Part shown: piece by piece, positions 1-7,452 of the stretch
Numbering within the stretch: position 1 is the stretch's first letter
Layout: every line of letters begins with the position of its first letter
DNA from: an uncultured virus (IMG/VR IMGVR_UViG_3300037067_011375)
Taxonomy: Duplodnaviria; Heunggongvirae; Uroviricota; Caudoviricetes
Strand: one strand, 5' to 3'
Virus record (IMG/VR): IMGVR_UViG_3300037067_011375
Coordinates: 112,408-132,407 of that record
DNA: 20,000 bases
Position numbers and translations under genes: made by a program
Notes under the pieces: model-generated
Database searches by the model: none
Told to the model about the DNA's origin: nothing
What the model saw: the letters and a program-made list of their open reading frames with translations, nothing else

Positions 1-2082
1 ATGATCGAGGGGACCAACGGGCTCTTGATCCCCAGGGGCTTGGCATACCCGCTGGACCCATTTCTGCTTGGCACGGTACGACATGGTCGCAAGCTCGGGT
101 TTGAATATGCGATGCTGGTCCCGGATAATCGCTGGCGGCTTGCCGAGGATGCTGTCTACCTGACGGATCGCTTCATCCTGGACGACATTCCCCAGTGGCT
201 GCGGCCAGGCGACTACATCTCGATCGGGCTGCGCGAAATGCACCGGGTCGTAGACATTTCCGACGAGACCGTCATGTTGGCGACCCGGATCATGGCAGAC
301 CACGATGCCGGGACCTACGTGTACCACTACTCGTCGATGGCCGAGGTCGAGGGGGCCTACCAGGTTGGCCAGACCAACATCAATGTGGATTTGCCGGTTG
401 GCTGGTTCTGCGTCCCAGGAGACGTCATTTCCATCCTGTACGCCGCGGGCGACCTTTTCCCGTCGTTCGTCCACTACAACGTCGTGACCGCGAGTCTCGT
501 GGGGTCCACGTCGGCAACGTCCCAGTGGTTCCTGACGCTAGATCAAGGGCTGCACCGTGCCCTTGCCGACGCGGAAGAAATCCAGCTCCGGGCTTACCCA
601 GCGTATCAGTCCCGTGCCCTCAAGGTCCCGCAGGCCGGCGTTGCGCTGGTTGGAGTAGTGGGACCCTACCTGTTGGACTGGACATCGGTTCCCTTTCTGG
701 ACGGTCCGGAAGTCTATGAGCACCAGACCGTCCAGTACCTGGACGATACGTTGGTCCCGGTAGAATCCCCGTTTATGATCCAGAAAAACGCCGCCGTCAT
801 GGACGCGCCCATCCGGGCTGACCAGTTTTTCTTCTGGGACCTGGTAGCAGGAGACTTGAATTACGACGACACCCTCGGGAGGGTCTTGGGAAGCCGCGAC
901 GCTGCTGGTTGGTGGTGGATCAAATCCACGATGGCGCCGGCCATGGAAATACCCGTCGTGGCCGCTGCCGGCATGATCATCACGGTGGCACCGGCCTCTC
1001 TGGTCGACAATGACTACTTCCTCTTGACCGACGACCTTGACACCCAAAGGATCGAATACCAGGTAACCGCAGGGTACGTCGCGACTGCCGAAACCCCAGC
1101 GACCGGTGCCATTACCGTCGGGGCCATCCCGGTGGATAACGACACCCTCGTGGTGGACAACGGGCTCGGCACTGTCGTGATTTTTGAGTTTCAGGCAACC
1201 GGGGCATTTATCTCGGCCAACGCTACTTATCGAATCATCGACGTCCAAGCAGCAGCACTCCCGACCGACGTGGCCGTCGCGATCGAGACTGCCGTCATGG
1301 CGGTCAGGGCCGTCCTGGGGATCTCGGCCGTGAACGTCGGGCCAGTAGTCAACCTGACCCACGATACTGTGACGACCAGGGCCAACGTGCCCTTGGCTAT
1401 CACGGGTGCTTGGTTAGGGGCTCCGCTTGCAGGGATGACCGGAGGTTCCCACGCGGTCGAAACCGTTGACGTGTCGTCGGCCTTGATTACCACGGCCATC
1501 CAGGTGGCAGCCCTGACCGCCGCAGCAGTCAACCGTTCTGGGCTCCACATCACGGCCCACGCTACCGCCACGGCCCCATCGATTGCTCTTGTTTCCACGG
1601 TCCCGGGGCCTGCTGGCAATCAGCCGATCCAGGAGTTTGTCCTGGCCCCTGGGTTCCTGGTGTCCGGGATGTCAGGAGGGTTTGGAGGACGTTCCTGGTC
1701 GTTCACGATTAAATCAGAATCGGCCGCGTTGCTGCGGGTCAGGTTCTACCCGAACGCCTGGCAGGATTTCAACCTCGTGGCCGCGGTCGACACTCCTGTG
1801 GCGGTCCAGTTGCTCGCGACAGACCAACCGGTAGAACGGATCGACATTTTGGTCGCGAGTGTGCCACCTGCAGTTCCTGGTGGCGAAATCCAGATGACCG
1901 ACTGGGGCGTCAGCCACGCAAGAATCAGGGCTCTACGCCACACCTACGTGGCCCATGTGCAAGGTGGCCGTACTTTCGCCTGCACGGGTATGTGGGCCAA
2001 GCCAGTGTGGCGGTCGCTTGACGATCTCAAACTTCCGATGAACGGCACCGGGGCGCTAAACTCCGGTTTCGCGATGGTGTAG
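1..2082 (+). CDS. Probable virion structural protein (tail/baseplate-like) with two nested copies of a beta-rich sheath/flagellin-like insertion domain; may extend upstream of the window
   Basis: 693-aa ORF rich in V/T/A/G. Repeated unit A(T/A)G.I....VDND......EF/Y...IDV.....VA..I..AV...I.A.....L.....N.P.....GM(T/S)GG. Ends 1 nt before the next ORF. Confidence 0.55.
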   Translation: MIEGTNGLLIPRGLAYPLDPFLLGTVRHGRKLGFEYAMLVPDNRWRLAEDAVYLTDRFILDDIPQWLRPGDYISIGLREMHRVVDISDETVMLATRIMADHDAGTYVYHYSSMAEVEGAYQVGQTNINVDLPVGWFCVPGDVISILYAAGDLFPSFVHYNVVTASLVGSTSATSQWFLTLDQGLHRALADAEEIQLRAYPAYQSRALKVPQAGVALVGVVGPYLLDWTSVPFLDGPEVYEHQTVQYLDDTLVPVESPFMIQKNAAVMDAPIRADQFFFWDLVAGDLNYDDTLGRVLGSRDAAGWWWIKSTMAPAMEIPVVAAAGMIITVAPASLVDNDYFLLTDDLDTQRIEYQVTAGYVATAETPATGAITVGAIPVDNDTLVVDNGLGTVVIFEFQATGAFISANATYRIIDVQAAALPTDVAVAIETAVMAVRAVLGISAVNVGPVVNLTHDTVTTRANVPLAITGAWLGAPLAGMTGGSHAVETVDVSSALITTAIQVAALTAAAVNRSGLHITAHATATAPSIALVSTVPGPAGNQPIQEFVLAPGFLVSGMSGGFGGRSWSFTIKSESAALLRVRFYPNAWQDFNLVAAVDTPVAVQLLATDQPVERIDILVASVPPAVPGGEIQMTDWGVSHARIRALRHTYVAHVQGGRTFACTGMWAKPVWRSLDDLKLPMNGTGALNSGFAMV

Positions 2083-2083
2083 C

Positions 2084-4276
2084 ATGGGTAGCATTCCAGC
2101 CCTCAATTATACGATCCGCCATTCCCTGGACCGACTCAAGCGGCAGCACCTCTACTACGAGGAGGAAATCCTCAAGACCCGCCAGCTCGTCTTTGGAATG
2201 CCCGGGATCGTCACGACCCCGAGTTACGGGATGGTTTCTGGCACGGATCCGGCCAGCCATGTAACCGGTTCCACTGACCCGTTGGTTGTCTCGGTCAACT
2301 CGGGGGTACCCACGACCGTAGACGTGAACCCCGGGACCCTGGTGTTTCGCTCGGGGGTCTGGATGGACCTCCACACCACAGTCCGACAGATTGCCTTGGC
2401 AGACCCGACCGTCGGGGTCGCCAACGTCGTGTACGTGCAGTACCAGTTGGAAGATGCCCCGTTGTCGCTCAACGACGCCAACCAGTTGGTCGTGCCCCAC
2501 ACGATGCGGATCGGCGGCACCATTGATACGTCTACCCTGCCCGAATCCATCCTGGTGGCCTGCACGACCGTCACGGGCTACCTGGCGTTCTCGACCGCGA
2601 CCCTTGACGACGTCGTGCCCATCGCGATCATCACGAACCAGCAGACGTCGGGCGGAACCATTGCGATTTCGATTGACCACACCCGAGAATCCTACACGTG
2701 GAATCGTCCGTGGTTCAGTGTCCAGGACGTGGAACACCGCGGCCATGTGGGCTCCGGGACCGTCACGGACACCAACATCCATGGCGTGGGTGTGCCAGAC
2801 CTGACTGTTGGCGATTTTTCCATGATGCAGTTGCTCCTGGACTACGGGATGGTCGTGGCCGATGACCGTGACACCCCGAAGGTTCCTGGATACCGCTGCA
2901 CCGTAGAAATGGCAGCACCCTTCCTTGGACCCGATGACCTCGTTGGAACCGCCACGGGCTACCCTGGCGCCATGTATTACGAACTTCCTGACTACCCCGT
3001 GGCAGTAGGACAATGCTGGCGAGCCTCCACGCTGGAGGTATTTCCGGCACTTCATGTCGTCGGGACCAACCGGGTGGTATTCCCGTACGAAGCACCTCCC
3101 GGTGGCGACACCCTCTGGATCAACTACAACAGGGTACCGGCTTGCGAGCCACCGGTCAACGGCACCACGACCTTTCGGTCCAATAATCCGTCAACCGGCG
3201 AGGTAGTGATTGCAGGCGGTGCAACGTTCACGAGTCTGGTCAACGTTGAAGAAACAATGGGTGACGCCTACCTGTTTCCTCAGCAGTACGACTTTTTTGT
3301 TGACGGCACCGGGGCGCTGCTCAAAACCCCCCAGGTGGTTTTCTGTTGGAAACGTCTGGATGATATCGGGGCTTCAATAGTCCCGACGATCACGCAATAT
3401 GGTCCTGGTCGGATCATGGTGGGGTTGTCGGGTGCTGCCGTGGGTTTCGGCACCATCCAGGTATCTATCGTAGGGATCGACACCACCGGGGCCACCATCA
3501 CGGATGTCTTGACTTTCACGGGTGGCACCTGGACCGACCCCGGTCCGCCTGGCACCACCACGATTGTGCCTGGAGCGTGTCAGGTTACCCCCAGGGTATT
3601 TGCGTCGGTCACGAACATTCAGGTATCCGACATTCCGCCCGGTCATGGTCCCAACGCCGGCATCATGGCCTGGAGCCTCCAGACCCCCACGAGCAACTAT
3701 GACAAAATGAAAGACGCGATGCACGTCGCGTCTGCCACTTGGAACGGCTACTCTTTCTCCAACCTGTTGGACCGCAGGATCATATCCACCACTGTAAAGC
3801 CCGAATCCAACGAGATGGACCGCCAGCAGGACGCCTTGGCGTTCATGCTGCACGCCGGTGGTAACTCCACCGTTTACTGCGAAGACCTTCGTAGGCCCAG
3901 ATACAACTCGCTTGTGGACCCAGATGATGTCTACGCTGGTGGCCTCAACTCTAACCAGCATTACCCACTGTTCCAAACTGGCAAATGGGCAGTTGGGTCT
4001 GTCGGTAACTACCAGTCAATTGCATTCCCAGTCGACAATACCGTTGCCGGGCTCGCTTGGCGAGTGTCACTACTGCGAGATGCTCGGCGTACACCCGTAG
4101 GCTGGAATCCCACTCCTCTATTTATCGCGTATTATGGTGGTTTTTGGCATCCTTTTGTCATGACCGTGGTGGCTGGTTTGCCCGATACTTACGAATGTGT
4201 AGTGGGCGGGGTTCCGTCCAGATGTGTCTTGTACCTCCTCAACATCACGGCCAATGGTTACGTTCTCTACGGTTAA
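2084..4276 (+). CDS. Probable virion structural protein (tail/baseplate-associated)
   Basis: 730-aa ORF, T/V/G/P-rich beta-type composition. The segment HRGHVGSGTVTDTNIHG resembles H..NPHG-type motifs of phage tail proteins. Tightly coupled to its neighbours. Confidence 0.5.
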   Translation: MGSIPALNYTIRHSLDRLKRQHLYYEEEILKTRQLVFGMPGIVTTPSYGMVSGTDPASHVTGSTDPLVVSVNSGVPTTVDVNPGTLVFRSGVWMDLHTTVRQIALADPTVGVANVVYVQYQLEDAPLSLNDANQLVVPHTMRIGGTIDTSTLPESILVACTTVTGYLAFSTATLDDVVPIAIITNQQTSGGTIAISIDHTRESYTWNRPWFSVQDVEHRGHVGSGTVTDTNIHGVGVPDLTVGDFSMMQLLLDYGMVVADDRDTPKVPGYRCTVEMAAPFLGPDDLVGTATGYPGAMYYELPDYPVAVGQCWRASTLEVFPALHVVGTNRVVFPYEAPPGGDTLWINYNRVPACEPPVNGTTTFRSNNPSTGEVVIAGGATFTSLVNVEETMGDAYLFPQQYDFFVDGTGALLKTPQVVFCWKRLDDIGASIVPTITQYGPGRIMVGLSGAAVGFGTIQVSIVGIDTTGATITDVLTFTGGTWTDPGPPGTTTIVPGACQVTPRVFASVTNIQVSDIPPGHGPNAGIMAWSLQTPTSNYDKMKDAMHVASATWNGYSFSNLLDRRIISTTVKPESNEMDRQQDALAFMLHAGGNSTVYCEDLRRPRYNSLVDPDDVYAGGLNSNQHYPLFQTGKWAVGSVGNYQSIAFPVDNTVAGLAWRVSLLRDARRTPVGWNPTPLFIAYYGGFWHPFVMTVVAGLPDTYECVVGGVPSRCVLYLLNITANGYVLYG

Positions 4277-4285
4277 GGACTAACG

Positions 4286-5197
4286 ATGTCCAAACAGCTA
4301 CGCTATTGGGATTACGGCCGGGTTTACGATAACCTGGATTTCACCTCTGCCCAGTACACCATCCACCTGGCTGGTCCATACCGCGGCTTTGCCCTGTCGG
4401 CCAGCCTGACCGGGAACCTGGAGATCGCGGCGGGTTCGGGGGTGCTGCATGACGGCTTCGTCTGGTCCGAGGACGATGTCACACCCGTGACGTTCGTCCC
4501 TCAAGTTGCCGCGGCGGTCTGGACCGTGGTCGCGACCCATGTGAATCGCCAGATTTTCGGCGGTGAGCCGGTCCTATACGAGTTGCGCCTGGGCTATTTC
4601 GGTACCGTGGTGGACGGGGCTGTCCTGGGTTGGATCCTGTACCCCGGGGCCAACGCGGTCCTGACCACAGCGATGTGCAGGACGGCCCCGAGCCTCCTGA
4701 GCCAAGCCAACCTGTACGCCTCGATGCTGCCGGACGAACGGTTGCCTCCATTCAACGACCAGAATGGGTGCTTCACCCAGACGGTCGACCCTGACGTGAC
4801 CCTGACGTCCCTGGCGTTCGACGCAGGATTTTTCGTGGTCAACCAGACCGCCGCCCACGCGGTCCCGGGGCCTCCTGGCACCTCCGAGGTCATCCAGCAT
4901 GTCCAGTTCTACGCGGGGACGCGCCCGGCCTTTATCCGGTTGTACCTGGACGTCCCTGGGGCCGCCAGTACCGACGTGACCGTCGAGGTCTACGATACCG
5001 CCTTGGCCCCGGTGGCCTGTACCGGTGGAGTCATCAGCAACACAGTCGGGTGGGAGGAACACGTCGTCACGGTGGACCCCACGGCCGGGACCTTCACGGT
5101 CGGGATGCCCTGGACCATCCGGGTGACCCAGACGATGGACCCGGGCCTGACCATCAGGATCGCGCGGATCCGCTGCGAGTTCTGGCCCTTCCCGTAG
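4286..5197 (+). CDS. Probable structural protein with a C-terminal beta-sandwich-like domain
   Basis: 303-aa ORF with an AGGA SD-like element upstream (taaggactaacgATG). High-GC3 codon usage and beta-rich composition. Confidence 0.5.
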   Translation: MSKQLRYWDYGRVYDNLDFTSAQYTIHLAGPYRGFALSASLTGNLEIAAGSGVLHDGFVWSEDDVTPVTFVPQVAAAVWTVVATHVNRQIFGGEPVLYELRLGYFGTVVDGAVLGWILYPGANAVLTTAMCRTAPSLLSQANLYASMLPDERLPPFNDQNGCFTQTVDPDVTLTSLAFDAGFFVVNQTAAHAVPGPPGTSEVIQHVQFYAGTRPAFIRLYLDVPGAASTDVTVEVYDTALAPVACTGGVISNTVGWEEHVVTVDPTAGTFTVGMPWTIRVTQTMDPGLTIRIARIRCEFWPFP

Positions 5198-5204
5198 GCG
5201 CAAC

Positions 5205-5672
5205 ATGCGAACCTTAGTTAAGTTCTACCAGAATTTCACCGAGACCTCGACCAACCGGCTCGTGACCCGTACCCTGGGTAAGCTCGGGGTTGTGGACCGC
5301 GAATCCTTGGTGGCGGCCCGGACCAAACCCAGTCCCGGAGATTGGTGGTACTGTGACATCGTCCAGGAAGTCTGTGCCGGGGCTGACCGCGGGGTGTTTG
5401 TCCTGCGGCCGGTGTCAAAACTGCCGGTCCTGGAACAAGACGGGTTCTCAACCGTTGATATCCTTCACCTGGTTCCGGGGTTGTACACGAGCCAGCGGTG
5501 TCAGAACGTCATGCTGTTGCACCCCAAGCGTCCTGACCGCCACTGGATTGCCTCGAGCGATCTGCGACGCCACATTGTAGACCGCCATATGCTCCCGGGG
5601 GGCCGCTACGGGATCAACTCGGTCGTGGTGGTGTTTGACGGGGCCGACGACTGGCCCAAGAAGTACTCCTGA
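5205..5672 (+). CDS. Hypothetical protein (155 aa)
   Basis: Starts 7 nt after the previous stop and has a TGATG overlap with the next ORF. No family recognised. Confidence 0.65.
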   Translation: MRTLVKFYQNFTETSTNRLVTRTLGKLGVVDRESLVAARTKPSPGDWWYCDIVQEVCAGADRGVFVLRPVSKLPVLEQDGFSTVDILHLVPGLYTSQRCQNVMLLHPKRPDRHWIASSDLRRHIVDRHMLPGGRYGINSVVVVFDGADDWPKKYS

Positions 5673-6004
5673 TGGGCAGTTGTTGTCGAGGCCGCGGGGC
5701 CACCAGGTCCGCAGGGGCACCCCAGCACCCCGACTGCCGAGACGTGGAGCAGGCCGGGGCCCTCATGATGGTGTATCCCATCTCCACCCCCCAGGGGATG
5801 CGCCTGGTCCTCAAGACGGCCCGGCACGGCCTTGTCGATATCGGGTCATACGCTGTTGCACTTCAATGCGGCGGTTCTACGGTTCAACTGCTCCGCCGCT
5901 ACGCCCCAGATCTACAGAAACTCGCCGCTACCCAACCGATCAAGTTCGCCCCGTGGGTCGGGAAGGGTCTTAGCCTGTCCGATGCAGTCGCGATGCTCCG
6001 ATAA
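5672..6004 (+). CDS. Hypothetical protein (110 aa)
   Basis: Coupled by a TGATG overlap and ends just before the promoter at 6011. Confidence 0.55.
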   Translation: MGSCCRGRGATRSAGAPQHPDCRDVEQAGALMMVYPISTPQGMRLVLKTARHGLVDIGSYAVALQCGGSTVQLLRRYAPDLQKLAATQPIKFAPWVGKGLSLSDAVAMLR

Positions 6005-6010
6005 TCCCTC

Positions 6011-6039
6011 TTGACACCATGGCCTTGATCCGGTAAAAC
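6011..6039 (+). promoter_or_regulatory. Sigma70-like promoter P1 (TTGACA-N17-TAAAAC)
   Basis: Perfect -35 TTGACA at 6011-6016, 17-nt spacer, TAAAAC at 6034-6039. Predicted +1 near 6046. Confidence 0.6.
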
Positions 6040-6045
6040 CATCTT

Positions 6046-6132
6046 GCGGCCAGGCCCACCATCAAAGTTTCCTTCGGGAGCAGGTGGGCTACGTCGTCAC
6101 CCCAAAACCCGCCTTGTGGCGGGTTTTGTGTT
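6046..6132 (+). ncRNA. Putative small structured RNA or attenuator leader
   Basis: Lies between P1 and a terminator. GGCCCACC (6053-6060) pairs with GGTGGGCT (6083-6090), enclosing a TTCC-TTCG-GGAG hairpin with a cUUCGg tetraloop (6069-6080). No ORF inside. Confidence 0.45.
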
Positions 6133-6133
6133 T
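6103..6133 (+). terminator. Intrinsic terminator, probably bidirectional
   Basis: CAAAACCCGCC-TTGT-GGCGGGTTTTG is a perfect 11-bp inverted repeat (6103-6128) followed by TGTTT. Confidence 0.85.
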
Positions 6134-6177
6134 CTGGCTTTAATATCAGCCAACAAAGCGAAGCCGAAAATAAAATG

Positions 6178-6206
6178 TTGACAAGCGCAAACACCTGAGC
6201 CATAAT
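6178..6206 (+). promoter_or_regulatory. Sigma70-like promoter P2 (TTGACA-N17-CATAAT)
   Basis: TTGACA at 6178-6183 and CATAAT at 6201-6206, with an A-rich UP-like tract upstream (GAAAATAAAATG). Predicted +1 coincides with ATG 6213. Confidence 0.75.
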
Positions 6207-6244
6207 ATCCATATGACAACCCAACGATTACTTTTCGTCGATAA

Positions 6245-6484
6245 GTGGGTTTCTTTTCCCGGTGGCTGTGTGGTGATGCCCTGGCCGAGAAGCCTTCAAC
6301 TGTATGGACTTTACTGGCCTACACCGATCTCAGTCATCCGCCTACGCTACCGTGCCGATTAACCAGGGCCGACGGTGCGATGTATGAAGAAGAAGCGTAC
6401 GACTGGTGTTGGACAGACGGCAAGTTCCGCTACTTCAGTCATGCTGGCAACGGGCCCGTGTGGCTCCTGCTCGAGTACAAGTGA
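6245..6484 (+). CDS. Hypothetical protein (79 aa; start uncertain)
   Basis: GTG-start ORF whose stop overlaps the phosphoesterase start (TGATG). A competing 49-aa ORF at 6213-6362 starts at the predicted transcription start. Confidence 0.5.
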   Translation: MGFFSRWLCGDALAEKPSTVWTLLAYTDLSHPPTLPCRLTRADGAMYEEEAYDWCWTDGKFRYFSHAGNGPVWLLLEYK

Positions 6485-7239
6485 TGGCCAGGTTGATCTG
6501 CATCGGTGACGTCCACGGTCACCTGGACGAACTCAACGCACTCCTGCTTCAGGTGCAGGTACGGCCAGGAGATCGTCTGGTGTTCTTGGGCGACCTGGTG
6601 GACCGTGGCCCCGACTCCCCCGGGGTGGTTCGACGAGTCCGGGGACTCCTCCACACTTTTCCTGGTTCCACAGCCCTGTTGGGCAACCACGAGAGTCAAC
6701 TGGTGCAACTGGCCAAGCGGTCTAATTGCGACCAGTGGATCCACGACCTCACCGATGAGGAGTTCCATTGGCTCACGGGGCTCCCGGTGTTCACACGGGA
6801 CCCTGAGCGCAGCATCCTGATGGTCCACGGGGGTCTCTACCCCAGGTACTTCGCACACTACCCCGCGGGTGTCCCGGTCGATTGGGAAGCAGTCGCGGCA
6901 CTGCCCCGCAAACAGCGCGAACGGATCCACCGATTTTGTCGCGTCCGCTACTGCGACCCCGATGGCGATGTCGTAGCCCTTGGAGAAGAAACCACCGAGG
7001 ACCACTTCTGGGCCGACCTGTACGACGGCCGCGAGGGTTTCGTGGTGTTCGGCCACGAGCCCTACCGGGATGCTCCTCGCCGATTTCCCCATGCCCTCGG
7101 GATCGACGGGGTGTTCGAGATTTTGGCGGCCGTGTGGGACCAGGGCCCCGATCCGGTCATCTTCCGGCAGCCGACCATCACGGCCACGACCGCAGCAGTA
7201 GTCCGGATGCTCGCCAACCTGGGGGTCAAGATCAAATGA
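6484..7239 (+). CDS. Calcineurin-like metallophosphoesterase (PrpE/ApaH/Pnkp-phosphatase-like)
   Basis: Motifs GDVHG, GDLVDRGPDS, LGNHE, VHGG, WADLYDG...VVFGH and GID. Start reassigned to ATG 6484 (MARLICIGDVHG). Confidence 0.9.
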   Translation: MARLICIGDVHGHLDELNALLLQVQVRPGDRLVFLGDLVDRGPDSPGVVRRVRGLLHTFPGSTALLGNHESQLVQLAKRSNCDQWIHDLTDEEFHWLTGLPVFTRDPERSILMVHGGLYPRYFAHYPAGVPVDWEAVAALPRKQRERIHRFCRVRYCDPDGDVVALGEETTEDHFWADLYDGREGFVVFGHEPYRDAPRRFPHALGIDGVFEILAAVWDQGPDPVIFRQPTITATTAAVVRMLANLGVKIK

Positions 7240-7418
7240 GCCAAGAAATCACCCCGGCCCGCCCGATCGACGCGTATTGCGCGGGGATCCCGGCGCTCGG
7301 CACCACCCTAACCCTGGCTTACCTGGGGTACGGGCTGCCCCAGTTACTCCTCGGGGTCGTGTTGTCCAGCCTCGCGGGCCTTGGGGTCTCGGAATTTCTA
7401 CTGCACTGGCGAGACTGA
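7236..7418 (+). CDS. Small membrane protein (60 aa, two hydrophobic segments)
   Basis: ATGA overlap with the previous stop. MSQEITPARPIDAYCAGIPALGTTLTLAYLGYGLPQLLLGVVLSSLAGLGVSEFLLHWRD. Confidence 0.6.
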   Translation: MSQEITPARPIDAYCAGIPALGTTLTLAYLGYGLPQLLLGVVLSSLAGLGVSEFLLHWRD

Positions 7419-7433
7419 CCCACGGCAGCCCGC

Positions 7434-7452
7434 ACCTCGGTAAAACCGAGGT
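7434..7452 (+). promoter_or_regulatory. Perfect inverted repeat abutting the polymerase start codon
   Basis: ACCTCGGT-AAA-ACCGAGGT is immediately followed by ATG 7453 and contains TAAAAC at 7441-7446. Confidence 0.5.

Noticed and set aside
6046..6100. Resemblance of the hairpin (…GGAGCAG…) to SRP RNA helix 8, or to a tRNA
   Set aside because: It lacks the CAGG strand and GNRA loop of SRP helix 8, and has no cloverleaf or T-arm consensus.
7236..7418. Holin call for the two-helix membrane protein
   Set aside because: No endolysin is adjacent and the context is replication genes. Hydrophobicity alone is insufficient.
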